Notes: generated from the letters alone by a model not told the origin. Counted from the stretch's first letter, positions 1-9,959 are shown. The stretch: 64,000 nucleotides of DNA from Acidiferrobacteraceae bacterium (GCA_018698075.1 JABINT010000024.1:1929-65928); one strand, 5' to 3'. Numbers and translations are program-made.

Positions 1-939
1 GCCTGGGATGAGGATGCTTTTGTTGCAGCTGTAGAGCATGAAGATGAGACAGTAGCGTTACAACACACACGTGGAGCGCTTGCAGATGGCGATGCTTTTG
101 CCACCATGGAACGTGGTCTTGCCCGCGCAGCCTTGGCCCACTACCACAGTTTTGGGCACGCCCTCATTTACATACCCAAAGCTGCCGAGTTAATCCATTA
201 CTTGGGTGAGGGCGTGGCCCCACCCGTGTTGCTCTGTCTGGTGCGCAGTATTGTTACCGGGTTTCGGGAGGACCTGATCCCCGAATTCAGCCACTACGGT
301 GATGCACTTAGCGGTTTTGGTCAGGGCCAAAATGGTCGGCCACCGTCGCTCGAGGCGTTTGCCGGCCTTAATCCAGCCAAAGCCATGGCTTTGACGGCAG
401 AACACGGCAGCGCCCCGCCGGCAGAACTGTATGCCAGCCTGCTGGCAGTGAACGCCCAGAACATGCTGACTTTTGATCTTAGGCATCTGCAAGATATCGA
501 CCAGCCTTATGGCAGCGATCGAGGTTGGCTCGATTTTTCACACGGCCTGACTTTTGCAGATGCGGTGTACAGTCTGTGTACGCGTTATCCGGAACTGTGG
601 CCGGCAGGCCTCCTGCAGATGGCGTGTTTTGCAGGACGGAACGCGGGCTATGATGATTCGGACGTGATACTTGAAGACTGGATGGTGAGTGACCCACAGA
701 CATTTTTTCAAGAAATAACCGCCATGCTGATGGACCACGGACAATCGGAGTACATCGTTTCGGTTCACTTACTTAAAACTGTTCAGGCGGTGAAACGACT
801 TTATGCTTTGCCGCAGGTGGGTGCAGCCAGCCAAATCGCTTTGGCGGCATTGAACCGACTGCTCTCGTCTTCGGTTCGGCGAAAGATGGTGAGGCGGACA
901 GCCCGTCAGGCGATGCACTTTATTCGTCAGGACACATGA
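1..939 (+). CDS. Partial (5'-truncated) conserved protein; resembles the helical C-terminal region of Rieske-2Fe-2S-fused proteins
   Basis: Frame 1 is open from base 1 (AWDEDAFVAAVE...) into the 106..939 ORF; His motifs HYHSFGHALIY, WLDFSHGLTFA, VHLLK. The Rieske domain itself is not in the window. Confidence 0.5.
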   Translation, partial: AWDEDAFVAAVEHEDETVALQHTRGALADGDAFATMERGLARAALAHYHSFGHALIYIPKAAELIHYLGEGVAPPVLLCLVRSIVTGFREDLIPEFSHYGDALSGFGQGQNGRPPSLEAFAGLNPAKAMALTAEHGSAPPAELYASLLAVNAQNMLTFDLRHLQDIDQPYGSDRGWLDFSHGLTFADAVYSLCTRYPELWPAGLLQMACFAGRNAGYDDSDVILEDWMVSDPQTFFQEITAMLMDHGQSEYIVSVHLLKTVQAVKRLYALPQVGAASQIALAALNRLLSSSVRRKMVRRTARQAMHFIRQDT

Positions 940-969
940 AATACTGTCAGCGTCAGTGGCCCGGCGCTA

Positions 970-2055
970 TTAACGTTTTGTTGCCAGACCCTCTAGGACA
1001 GATTCTGTTTCTGTAACCAGCAGTTGAATCAGTTCGCAGGCAGGCAGGTTTTTCGACATCGCGGCACTTTGACCGGACCATAAAGACAGAAAATCTGGGT
1101 TGTTTTCTTTGGCACTGGCTTTACGCAGTGGCCCTGTCAGAGTATTGAGAATCGGGAAATCCGGATAGCGGGTTTCATGGCCTGCCATCTCAAGTAGATA
1201 ACGGTTTGCCAGGCCTCGAGCCGGCCGACCGGAAAAAGCGTGTGTGATTCGTGTTTGATCGTCGCGGGCCTCGTTGAGGGCTTGACGGTAAAGTGGATGT
1301 GCGGCTGATTCAGGGCAGGTCAGAAATGCCGTGCCAAGCTGCACGGCACTTGCACCAAGGGCAAGTGCCGCAGCGATACCGCGGCCGTCACCGATGCCGC
1401 CTGCCGCAATCACGGGTACGGATACCGCGTCGACAATCTGCGGCACCAGTGCCAAAGTGCCCACGTGACCCCTTTCATACGGTTTTAAAAAAGTGCCGCG
1501 ATGCCCGCCGGCTTCAAAACCCTGTGCGATAACCGCATCGACACCACGCGCTTCGAGTTCACGGGCTTCGGCCACATTGGTAGCTGAGGACAGGGTGAAT
1601 AGCCCAGCGGCTTTGATCGCCTTGAGCGCATCATCACTGGGTAGGCCAAAGTGAAAGCTCACCACCGGCGGACGAAGATCAAGCACGGCCTGCAGATGGG
1701 TTTCATTGAAAGATGGGATTGGCGTGATCGCCTCAGGTACTTCGCCGAGCCCCAGTTCACGATAGTAGGGTGCGAGCAATGAGCGGGTATCGTCAACGCG
1801 CTCCAGATCATCAACAGGCTCACTGTGAACAAAGAAGTTGGCGTTATACGGTGTATCGGTGGCATTGGATACTGTGGCGCAGTCGGCGCGCAGGGCCTCT
1901 TCGGGATGCATGGCGAGCCCAAGCGAGCCCAGTCCGCCGGCTTTCGAGACTGCGATGGCGAGCACCGGTGTTGACGACCCTGCCATCGGCGCCTGAATAA
2001 TCGGATAGCGAATGCCAAGGCGGCCGGTCAGTTCAGTATTAGGCCAGGAGTTCAT
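970..2055 (-). CDS. Nitronate monooxygenase family flavoprotein
   Basis: PIIQAPMAG, VVSFHFGLP, QGFEAGGHRGTF, VIAAGGIGDGRG, GTAFL motifs; likely ATG at 2055 (MNSWPNTEL). Confidence 0.9.
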   Translation of the reverse strand: MNSWPNTELTGRLGIRYPIIQAPMAGSSTPVLAIAVSKAGGLGSLGLAMHPEEALRADCATVSNATDTPYNANFFVHSEPVDDLERVDDTRSLLAPYYRELGLGEVPEAITPIPSFNETHLQAVLDLRPPVVSFHFGLPSDDALKAIKAAGLFTLSSATNVAEARELEARGVDAVIAQGFEAGGHRGTFLKPYERGHVGTLALVPQIVDAVSVPVIAAGGIGDGRGIAAALALGASAVQLGTAFLTCPESAAHPLYRQALNEARDDQTRITHAFSGRPARGLANRYLLEMAGHETRYPDFPILNTLTGPLRKASAKENNPDFLSLWSGQSAAMSKNLPACELIQLLVTETESVLEGLATKR

Positions 2056-2057
2056 TA

Positions 2058-2088
2058 GATGGTTCCCCAACTATCGATTACCACCTTG
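2058..2088. repeat. 31-bp direct repeat, copy A (copy B at 3790..3820)
   Basis: GATGGTTCCCCAACTATCGATTACCACCTTG vs GATGGTTCTCCAACCACCGATTACCACCTTG, 28/31 identical. Confidence 0.85.
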
Positions 2089-2148
2089 ATCTTCTTTTTT
2101 TGTGGGGCAGTTCAAGTGGGTGGAAGTGGGTTAAGTCATTGAAAAATA

Positions 2149-2206
2149 TGGCGCGCCCCGAGAGATTCGAACCCCTGACCACCTGGTTCGAAGTCAGGCA
2201 CCCTAT
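2149..2206 (-). repeat. Degenerate copy of the 3' part of tRNA-Arg(TCG); att-site-like remnant
   Basis: 52/58 identity to 3900..3957, covering CCA end, T arm and anticodon arm; the 5' acceptor strand and most of the D arm are missing. Confidence 0.85.
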
Positions 2207-2470
2207 GGTGGTCGCTTTCCCTTTAAGCGCAACATTTATTGCCGATTATTGTACAACTTTCCTCCGATATTATTTTTCGGTTTGGGCTTGTTTTGCCCTT
2301 TATTGCCTGGATTCGTTAATTTTTATCGGAGGCTTTCAACGGCGTTACTTTGGTCAGGTTATGCCTGTAAACCGCTGAGTGGTTGTTGTAGATCTCTGGC
2401 CTAATCTTTCTGAGGCTGTCTGTAAGTCATCCTCTGATCGAACCAAGTTTCGAATGGGTGTGCTATTGGC

Positions 2471-3649
2471 TCAATCTCTCGACCGTTTCTGTGCAATGAA
2501 TAGACCGAATAAACCGATCAAGCCTAGTGCCCCGGTAACCTTAATCACAGCCCCGTAACCGGCGACACTCCAGATGAGACCAGAGATGCCCGGTCCAAAC
2601 GCAGAACCAAGCATGTGAGCGATGGACACCATGGCCGAGATTGCGCCAAAGTTTGTGTTGCCGAATAGGTCAGCTGTTACTATCGGTTTAGCAATACTGC
2701 CGATTCCGGCAGACCCCCCTTGGAGGCACACAAACAGGCAAAGAATGATTGTTGCTGTGCCGGCGAACGCCAGATGAATGCTGGCAAGCGACAAACCGAT
2801 AAAAGAACACATGGAAATGAGCAGCATAGATAGGCGGTGGTCGACCGTGATGAGCGCAAGTCGACCCAATACCTGGGCCGCACCGATTGATGACGCCGCG
2901 ATGACTGCATGGTTTGTCGATACACCCCGGCTTTCCAACAGGGGCAATATGTGACTGATGATCATACTGTGATTCAACGAAAAACAAGCAAATGCGACAA
3001 CTAAGCACCAGAACATCGGAGATCGCACTAACGGGGTGATAATTGTTCGTAGGGGCGGCTGACGGGCAACTGGTAGAGGGTCGTTCTGAGCGCGCTTTAT
3101 AGTCGCACCGTACCAGAACAACGGAGCCGCGAGCCCGCAAACCAGGATTGAGAAAACCCACACGGCTGCCTGCCAATGTAGGTTGTTGGCGATCACATTG
3201 GACAGTGGAAAGCACAAGGTCCCTGCAAAACCGGCGACCAGAGTCACCATAATAATGGGCCTTTTGGATTTGGGATAATAGACATGAGTCAGAAAGGCGA
3301 AACAGGGTTCATACAGGCAACCCGCCATAGTAAATCCGATCAGCACCCAGATGAGATAGAACTGCCAGAGGTGCTCGAGCAGGGGTAGCATCGCAATCAA
3401 CAAACCCCCGGCGAAAGCGCTCAGTGTCATCAGAACTCGGCCGTGGCCCCTATCGATCAAGCGTCCTGCAAAAATAGCTGTAATAGCAGAGATGATCAGT
3501 GCGCTCGTGAATCCGAGTGTAAGTTCAACGCGAGACCACCCAAAGTGGGCTTCCCAACGCATCAGCATTGCCGGGAACAGATAAAAGATGCCAGCCCAGG
3601 CAATGGTCTCCGCTATAGCAAGGCTCCAGACCTTGGGATTCTTCCACAT
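2471..3649 (-). CDS. MFS transporter
   Basis: 392 aa, about 12 hydrophobic segments, motif A-like GRLIDRGHGR. Confidence 0.9.
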   Translation of the reverse strand: MWKNPKVWSLAIAETIAWAGIFYLFPAMLMRWEAHFGWSRVELTLGFTSALIISAITAIFAGRLIDRGHGRVLMTLSAFAGGLLIAMLPLLEHLWQFYLIWVLIGFTMAGCLYEPCFAFLTHVYYPKSKRPIIMVTLVAGFAGTLCFPLSNVIANNLHWQAAVWVFSILVCGLAAPLFWYGATIKRAQNDPLPVARQPPLRTIITPLVRSPMFWCLVVAFACFSLNHSMIISHILPLLESRGVSTNHAVIAASSIGAAQVLGRLALITVDHRLSMLLISMCSFIGLSLASIHLAFAGTATIILCLFVCLQGGSAGIGSIAKPIVTADLFGNTNFGAISAMVSIAHMLGSAFGPGISGLIWSVAGYGAVIKVTGALGLIGLFGLFIAQKRSRD

Positions 3650-3789
3650 GTCGATATTTCGACTGGTTTGGTTGTATAAGGACGTGGTGATTGTAGTCCC
3701 GAGCCGTACCGGTACTGACCCTTGGTGGAAAAATATCCACGGTCATCAGCCTTTAAGCAAAATAGATCTGAGTTACAAACACTTCCTAC

Positions 3790-3820
3790 GATGGTTCTCC
3801 AACCACCGATTACCACCTTG
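3790..3820. repeat. 31-bp direct repeat, copy B
   Basis: See copy A at 2058..2088. Confidence 0.85.
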
Positions 3821-3899
3821 GAGGTCTAAAAAATATCGGAGAATGTTGAAAATATCGCAGACGCGACATGTTCAAAAGCACCTCAGGTGCTTAAATGAA

Positions 3900-3976
3900 T
3901 GGCGCGCCCGGAGAGATTCGAACTCCCGACCACCTGGTTCGAAGCCAGGTACTCTATCCAGCTGAGCTACGGGCGC
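3900..3976 (-). tRNA. tRNA-Arg (anticodon TCG)
   Basis: GCGCCCGTAGCTCAGCTGGATAGAG...CCTGG-CTTCGAA-CCAGG...GTTCGAATC...GGGCGCGCCA; 77 nt, complete cloverleaf with CCA. Confidence 0.95.
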
Positions 3977-4134
3977 GTGTGATTCCGGCTGAAATCTATA
4001 ACAATGTGACGTTTTATCCAAGCAGTTTCGAACTACTATTGATTCTTTTCCGGCTGCATCCAGTATTTAATTAGGTCAGGATGGGCAGCCAAAGAAGAAG
4101 AAACCCACCTTATTGATATCGAATAGGACAGAAA

Positions 4135-4740
4135 ATGACCGAGTCGAATCTAATTTCGCCTGGCGGATACTGGTCGGGGGTTATCCCGCTGGGCCACTAC
4201 CTCAGGATTACCGATCTGGAAGGAGGGCAAGGGGTCGATTTTTTATGTTACAACGCCGACAACCCCGATGAGCGATATCATGCGCCTAATACTCTCAAAG
4301 CGGCATTAACACTTAAACTGACACAGGGGCATGTCCTTTATTCGGATGAAGCACGCCCGATCTTTTCGATGGTTGAAGATACCTTTGGCGGCCATGACAC
4401 CATTGGGGGTTGCTGTAGCGAAGCCAGCAACCGGATGCTTTACGCAGTTGAGGGTGTACCTGGGTGCCGGGAAAACTTCTTAAAAGGGCTCAAGGCATTC
4501 CAGTTGGGTCGCAAAGATATCGTCCCCAATATCAATTTCTTTTGTGATGTGCCGGTAATGCCCGAGCGAAAACTGGTTGATACAGTTTTCGTTGCCAGTA
4601 AGGCGCAGCCGGGCGCTATTGTCACCTTACAGGCGAACATGAATGCCCTGGCTGTTATCTCCAATTGTCCCCAGGTCAATAACCCTTGTAATCATGGAGC
4701 CCCGAGCGCAATAGAAATCAGGGTGTCGGAATCGGCATAA
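4135..4740 (+). CDS. Urea carboxylase-associated (DUF1989) family protein
   Basis: LRITDLEGGQGVDFLCYNA, HDTIGGCCS, NINFF, ISNCPQVNNPCN. Confidence 0.85.
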   Translation: MTESNLISPGGYWSGVIPLGHYLRITDLEGGQGVDFLCYNADNPDERYHAPNTLKAALTLKLTQGHVLYSDEARPIFSMVEDTFGGHDTIGGCCSEASNRMLYAVEGVPGCRENFLKGLKAFQLGRKDIVPNINFFCDVPVMPERKLVDTVFVASKAQPGAIVTLQANMNALAVISNCPQVNNPCNHGAPSAIEIRVSESA

Positions 4741-4808
4741 CAAGGCTTATGTAATGAAGGCGTCCAAGTAGCAGCCGGGCGCGAAACCAATACCAAGAGT
4801 AGAACAAT

Positions 4809-5204
4809 ATGCCAAAGAAAATACTTTGCCCAAAGAATCTGGATTTTCAGCCACGTCCAACTTATCCATACTCTCCCGGCGCGAAGGGTGGCGGTCTGGT
4901 GTTTACCTCAGGTCAAGTCGCCTGGGATGAGACAGGCGAAGTGACCGGTATTGGCGATGTAGCAGCACAGACCCGACAAACCCTGAAAAATGTTGTCTCG
5001 GTATTGGCTGAAGGCGGAGCTACCGTGAATGATGTGCTCAAGTGCACTGTGTATCTTGCGGATATACGTGATTTCCAGACCATGAACGAGGAGTTCGCAA
5101 AGGTATTCCCGACAGATCCACCGGCCAGGACAACCGTCGAAGCCCGTTTGGCAGAGCCAACCATGCTGGTAGAAATAGAGGCAATTGCCTATGTCGGATC
5201 GTGA
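4809..5204 (+). CDS. RidA/YjgF family imine deaminase
   Basis: YSPG, VFTSGQ, PPARTTVEA, LVEIEAIA. Confidence 0.9.
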   Translation: MPKKILCPKNLDFQPRPTYPYSPGAKGGGLVFTSGQVAWDETGEVTGIGDVAAQTRQTLKNVVSVLAEGGATVNDVLKCTVYLADIRDFQTMNEEFAKVFPTDPPARTTVEARLAEPTMLVEIEAIAYVGS

Positions 5205-5252
5205 TTAACAGCAAACCAGAACGGATCCTAGCGGGGGCGGCCAGTCACACCA

Positions 5253-5606
5253 TTACGAGTCTTTTCTGATCAGATCGGCAAGGCCCGCCAGCCCTTTGTG
5301 AGTAACGGTGGTTGATTTGGCCGGTTCAGCACCGGGGACTGCATCAACATAACGGGCGTGCTCGTTGTCATGGCAGTACAAACACAGGTTTTCCCAGTTG
5401 CTGCCATCCGGGGGGTTGTTGTCGTGGTTGTGGTCCCTGTGATGAACGGTCAATTCATGCAGATTTTTACGGGTAAAGTCACGTCCACAGCGCCCGCAGA
5501 CCCAAGGGTGGAGTTTTAACGATTGTGCACGGTAGTCACGCTCGCGCGCATCGCGGCTTTTTACCGCCTGCGCGACGATCGCATCAAGTTTGCTGGGGTC
5601 TGTCAT
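5253..5606 (-). CDS. yajD: YajD family HNH nuclease
   Basis: WVCGRCGRDF...LTVHHRDHNHDNNPPDGSNWENLCLYCHDNEH. Confidence 0.85.
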   Translation of the reverse strand: MTDPSKLDAIVAQAVKSRDARERDYRAQSLKLHPWVCGRCGRDFTRKNLHELTVHHRDHNHDNNPPDGSNWENLCLYCHDNEHARYVDAVPGAEPAKSTTVTHKGLAGLADLIRKDS

Positions 5607-5648
5607 GTGCGTTGGATAATACCGTGAGAGTGAATCTGGTGATACTTT

Positions 5649-6818
5649 TCAGCCATGCAAGGTTACAACTGGATCTGGGTTTGTATGGGGTTGGTTCTTT
5701 TCAAATCGCTCAAGTGCAAAGCTTTGAAACGCAAGCTCGGGGGCTTCCCCTAGAATAAGACGACAGAGGATATGGCCTACAGCCGGTGCAATGCCAAACC
5801 CATGACCTGAAAAGCCGCTGGCCACATAAACGCCCTCTACTCCGGGCAGTCTATCAAGAACGGGCAGCGCATCGGGGGTCAGGTCGATGGAGCCACCCCA
5901 GAACCGTCGCATCTGCAAGCCTTTGAGACTGGGGCAGATCCCAAACCCGGCTTTCAGGGTTGAATAGACTTTTTCACTGGATGGAAATACATATGGCCGT
6001 CCATCCTTCTCGATTAACTCACCGTTCCATTTCTGTACACCACTGGACAACCGGAATTTGCCATCTCTTTCCTGGCGAAGCGTGACCGCGCCATCGGCAA
6101 CGCCAAGAACTGGTTTCAAAAGGGTGGCTGCCGGCGCTGTTTGGATAACAGTCGCTATCGCAAAAGAGAGCGGTACTTGTATTCCAAATCGATGGATCAA
6201 CTGATTGACCCCAATGCCGCATGCCAGGAGACATCGACTTGTGCTTATTGTCCTCTTGTTGGTGATCACGGTGCTCAGTTTATTACCTTCAGCCGATAAT
6301 GCTTCTACCGATTCACCGACTTGAAACACAGTTCCATTTCTTTGCGCAGCCTGTTTATAGGCATTTACCGTGGCAACGGGATCGGCGTGGCCATCCGTTC
6401 GGCAAAAAGATGCCGCCAGTATGGCGCTGGAGACGCATGGCGCTATAGCTTGAATTTCTTTAATGTCAGAAAGGTAAACAATATCCAGGCCATGGCTCTT
6501 TTGCTTTTTGGCCAGTGTTTCAATGGCTTTGGCCTCTTTTTCGTTTCGGGCTAAGCGCAGATTTCCTTGTTGCACATAACCGGTGTCGTAACCCAGCGTA
6601 TGACTCAGTTGGCTCCATTGCTCTACCGAGTACTTGGCCAATGGCAGTTCAGGTTGAAGTCTGCCGGATTGGCGTACGCCCCCGAGAGTCCATCCGGATG
6701 CCATGGCGGCGGGAGCATATTTTTCGATGACCTCGACCTTCAAGCCCGCTTTGGAAAGCTCATAGGCCGTTGCACAACCCGTTATTCCCGCTCCTACAAT
6801 GACAATATCTGGCGACAT
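5649..6818 (-). CDS. FAD-dependent oxidoreductase (D-amino acid oxidase / sarcosine oxidase beta family)
   Basis: IVIVGAGITG Rossmann motif, TPDALPV, GFSGHGFGIAPAVG; likely start MSPDIVIVG at 6818. Confidence 0.85.
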   Translation of the reverse strand: MSPDIVIVGAGITGCATAYELSKAGLKVEVIEKYAPAAMASGWTLGGVRQSGRLQPELPLAKYSVEQWSQLSHTLGYDTGYVQQGNLRLARNEKEAKAIETLAKKQKSHGLDIVYLSDIKEIQAIAPCVSSAILAASFCRTDGHADPVATVNAYKQAAQRNGTVFQVGESVEALSAEGNKLSTVITNKRTISTSRCLLACGIGVNQLIHRFGIQVPLSFAIATVIQTAPAATLLKPVLGVADGAVTLRQERDGKFRLSSGVQKWNGELIEKDGRPYVFPSSEKVYSTLKAGFGICPSLKGLQMRRFWGGSIDLTPDALPVLDRLPGVEGVYVASGFSGHGFGIAPAVGHILCRLILGEAPELAFQSFALERFEKNQPHTNPDPVVTLHG

Positions 6819-6971
6819 GTTTTTTGATCGTATCGTTCGCACTGATATCTTAGCAGTGAGGCATGCGTTATCCATTGACCTGCATCGCACAGAAAGAGAT
6901 ATTATGCATAAGGAGATAATAGCGGGTGTTGGCGTCTGAACAACGATCCGTCCAAAAAGAGGAGTTCAACT

Positions 6972-7268
6972 ATGGTAGATCGGGAGACTGCAGCAATAGT
7001 GCCGCTGATTGATAACGATCTGGTTCGGGTAACACGCTTTGATTTTACTCCCGGCGCACAGACCGGGTGGCATCGACACGAGTATGACTACGTGATCACA
7101 GCTATTACCGATCTTGGTATGTTACTTGAGGAGCCGGGTGGCAACGCGCGCGAAGTGGATATTCCATCTGGCCAGGCCTATCAGCGCAAGGCGGGGATTG
7201 AGCATAATGTCATCAATCGAGGATCAGAAAACATGTCTTTCATCGAGGTTGAGCTAAAACCACAATAG
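6972..7268 (+). CDS. Cupin domain protein (BauB-like)
   Basis: TGWHRHEYDYV and GIEHNVIN cupin motifs; AGGAG RBS. Confidence 0.8.
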   Translation: MVDRETAAIVPLIDNDLVRVTRFDFTPGAQTGWHRHEYDYVITAITDLGMLLEEPGGNAREVDIPSGQAYQRKAGIEHNVINRGSENMSFIEVELKPQ

Positions 7269-7321
7269 ACCTTAGAGCGACACCCACTCGTGAGTTGTAG
7301 AGCAATCAGCTTTATCAGTGT

Positions 7322-8593
7322 CTATCCGAAACCACGTGCCACATATCGACGTGGCGCGGCCCCATAGAATGCAACGAATGCGAGCACAAAGCTACCAAGA
7401 GCAAACAGGAACGAAAAAAGATAAGACCCAGAAAGGTCATACAAAAGGCCACCAAGCCAGGGGCCAAAAGCGCCTCCAAAACCCATCCCTGCAAGAACAA
7501 TACCGTTAAAAAGACCAAAATGGCGGCCTGCAAAAATATCCGCAGCACCGGCAAAAACACATACAGCGTAAAGGCCTGAGCCAAGGCCGAAAAGCACAGC
7601 AAACCCATAAAGTGGAGCGAGTCCAGAGGTGGGTTTGAGGGAGATCAGAAGAACAATGGCGATGCTGGTAAAAACCGAAGCTGTAAGCACAGTAGCTTCC
7701 CGACCTATCCGGTCGGATATCAGGGCGGATATCTGCCCGGTAACCATGAATGCGCCAAAAAAGGCGGTTGTCGAGGCAGCGATTGCCGAGGAATATCCCA
7801 GGTCCATGGCGTGCTTTACCTGGTGAGCCAGTACGAGGTAACAGCCTGTGCCCCAAAACAGCATATTAGAGAAAAACAGCAGCCAAAGCTCTTTGCTTTT
7901 TAGCCCGGATCTAACGCTCCAGCGCTCAACTGCATTCCTGCCTGGTGAGGCGGGTGATATAGAGCCCTTTTGTTCCTCGCCTTTATTCGCACCCAGTGGC
8001 TGCAGGCCTCGTTCTTGGGGTTTGAATGTATAACCTGCCAGTACGATCGGTACTGCAACTGTAAGGATAATCAAGCCCATTACGATATAGGCGAGTCGCC
8101 AGCCCACAGCAGATATAACAAATTCCATAAGAAAGACGAAGACAAAGCTCAGGCCGCCCCCCGTTTGCGCCAGCCCGATCGCCATACCCCGGCGCTCGTT
8201 GAACCAGTTGACTATTGTCGGATTGACCACTGGGGATCCAACGCAGGAAAGGCCGATCGGCGCGAGCACGCCGAAAAATAGATAGAAGTGCCACAGTTCG
8301 GTAGCCAGGTAACAGGCGGCGGTAGCTATGCTGAGCACAACTATCCCAAACAGGATCAATTGCTTGGGCGGTAGTTTGGTGACCAAAGTGCCCGTGATCG
8401 GCGCACATATGCCATAGACCAACAGATGTATGGACAGCATCAACGCTGTATCGCCGCGGGCCCAATGGTACTCATCTAGAATAAATGGAAAGAATATCGA
8501 AAACGAATGGCGCACTCCGTAGCCAAGTAATTGCACCAAAAAGCAAACTGCGAGTATTAAGGTCGCCCAGAAGATTATTGAGTTTCGACGCAT
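7322..8593 (-). CDS. MFS transporter
   Basis: About 12 TM segments, WFNERRGMAIG, SDRIGR; likely start MRRNSIIF at 8593. Confidence 0.85.
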   Translation of the reverse strand: MRRNSIIFWATLILAVCFLVQLLGYGVRHSFSIFFPFILDEYHWARGDTALMLSIHLLVYGICAPITGTLVTKLPPKQLILFGIVVLSIATAACYLATELWHFYLFFGVLAPIGLSCVGSPVVNPTIVNWFNERRGMAIGLAQTGGGLSFVFVFLMEFVISAVGWRLAYIVMGLIILTVAVPIVLAGYTFKPQERGLQPLGANKGEEQKGSISPASPGRNAVERWSVRSGLKSKELWLLFFSNMLFWGTGCYLVLAHQVKHAMDLGYSSAIAASTTAFFGAFMVTGQISALISDRIGREATVLTASVFTSIAIVLLISLKPTSGLAPLYGFAVLFGLGSGLYAVCVFAGAADIFAGRHFGLFNGIVLAGMGFGGAFGPWLGGLLYDLSGSYLFSFLFALGSFVLAFVAFYGAAPRRYVARGFG

Positions 8594-8786
8594 CACAGTT
8601 CGGCGAGTTAACAGGCTTACAGTAGAAACAAGGAGGGGGAGTATAGTCGCGCTTTGGCCGCAGTTGCCGTCCTGTAATCTGCAGGGCGAGGCGCGACTGG
8701 CTAGTCGGATACAACGGTTACGCAATACAACCGTTCTGGTCAGTCGGTGATTGTATCGAACCCAACGCAAAGGAGTCATCATCAAT

Positions 8787-9959
8787 ATGAAGCCACCATT
8801 TGATCAATCAGAGTACCAGCGCCGCCTTGATGCCGTTCGCACCTGTATGTTGGACAGAAATCTCGACGCTATGGTGATCGGGGATCCGGCCAATATGAAC
8901 TGGCTAACCGGGTTCGACGCATGGTCGTTTTATGTGCCCCAGGCAATGCTGGTGTTGCATGACCACCCACCAGTCTGGTTAGGACGGCAGATGGATGCGG
9001 GGTCTGTTCCATTGACCACGTACCTGGGTTCTGAGAGTGTCCGGCCTTATGCTGAGGATCTGGTTCAGCGCGATGATGTTCATCCTATGGACGCAATTGC
9101 CAGGTCGTTCAAGGAGTTTGGGATCGCTGACAAGCGAATAGGTTTTGAGAGTGATACCTACTTTTTCTCATTTAAGGCCGTAGAGCGACTGCAGCATGGA
9201 CTGCCCACGGCAGCGTGGATTGATGCCGATCGGCTGGTCAACTGGTGTCGTGTGCTCAAAAGCGATGTCGAGATTCACACGATGCGACAGGCGGCTCGTA
9301 TCGCCAGTCATGTGATGAGCGTAGCCTGTGACCACATCGCGCCAGGTGTTCGTCAGTGCGATCTTGTGGCGAAGGTGCTCGCGGCGCAGGTTAGTGGCGT
9401 GGACGGATTGGGTGGTGACTTGGCCTCGATCTGCCCTTTAATTCTGGCGGGCGAAGCCGCGGCGACTGCACACCCTCTATGGACGGATGAACCTTTTACT
9501 GCGAACCAGACGGTCGCTCTGGAGTTGGGCGGCGCTCGCAAACGTTATAACGCAGGGTTGGCACGTACCGTGCAACTGGGGCAGGGTACGCAAAAAGTCT
9601 ACGATACCGCCGCCGCTGTAAAAGAAGGCCTAGAGGCGGTTTTGGACTGTATCCGCCCTGGAATCTCCGCCGGCGAGGTGCATCGCGCCTGGCAGGGCGT
9701 GTTAGATCGTCATGGCCTGGTTAAGGAAAGTCGCATCGGTTACAGCATTGGGGTTGGGTACGCTCCAGACTGGGGCGAGCACACCGTGAGCCTGCGCGCC
9801 AACGAAGAGACTGTGTTAGAGCCCAACATGACCCTGCATGTGATGCTCGGGATGTGGATGGACGGGTGGGGCATTGAGTTGAGTGAGACGGTAGCCGTCA
9901 CCGAAACCGGTGTAGAGTGTCTCACACAGTTTGACCGGGATCTGTTTTCGGTGCGGTAG
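8787..9959 (+). CDS. M24/creatinase-fold hydrolase, ectoine hydrolase DoeA/EutD-like
   Basis: DPANMNWLTGFDAWSFY, LVNWCRVLKS, SRIGYSIGVGYAPDWGEHTVSLR match the DoeA family as recalled; AAGGAG RBS. Confidence 0.75.
   Translation: MKPPFDQSEYQRRLDAVRTCMLDRNLDAMVIGDPANMNWLTGFDAWSFYVPQAMLVLHDHPPVWLGRQMDAGSVPLTTYLGSESVRPYAEDLVQRDDVHPMDAIARSFKEFGIADKRIGFESDTYFFSFKAVERLQHGLPTAAWIDADRLVNWCRVLKSDVEIHTMRQAARIASHVMSVACDHIAPGVRQCDLVAKVLAAQVSGVDGLGGDLASICPLILAGEAAATAHPLWTDEPFTANQTVALELGGARKRYNAGLARTVQLGQGTQKVYDTAAAVKEGLEAVLDCIRPGISAGEVHRAWQGVLDRHGLVKESRIGYSIGVGYAPDWGEHTVSLRANEETVLEPNMTLHVMLGMWMDGWGIELSETVAVTETGVECLTQFDRDLFSVR

Noticed and set aside
2100-2378. ORF containing MARPERFE; similar ORFs at 3588..3965, 50250..50487, 57494..58435 and 58452..58679
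   Set aside because: These are translations of tRNA sequence or antisense to real genes, not proteins.
5253-5606. HNH nuclease as mobile or defence element
   Set aside because: Matches the widespread stand-alone YajD family; no flanking repeats or partner genes.
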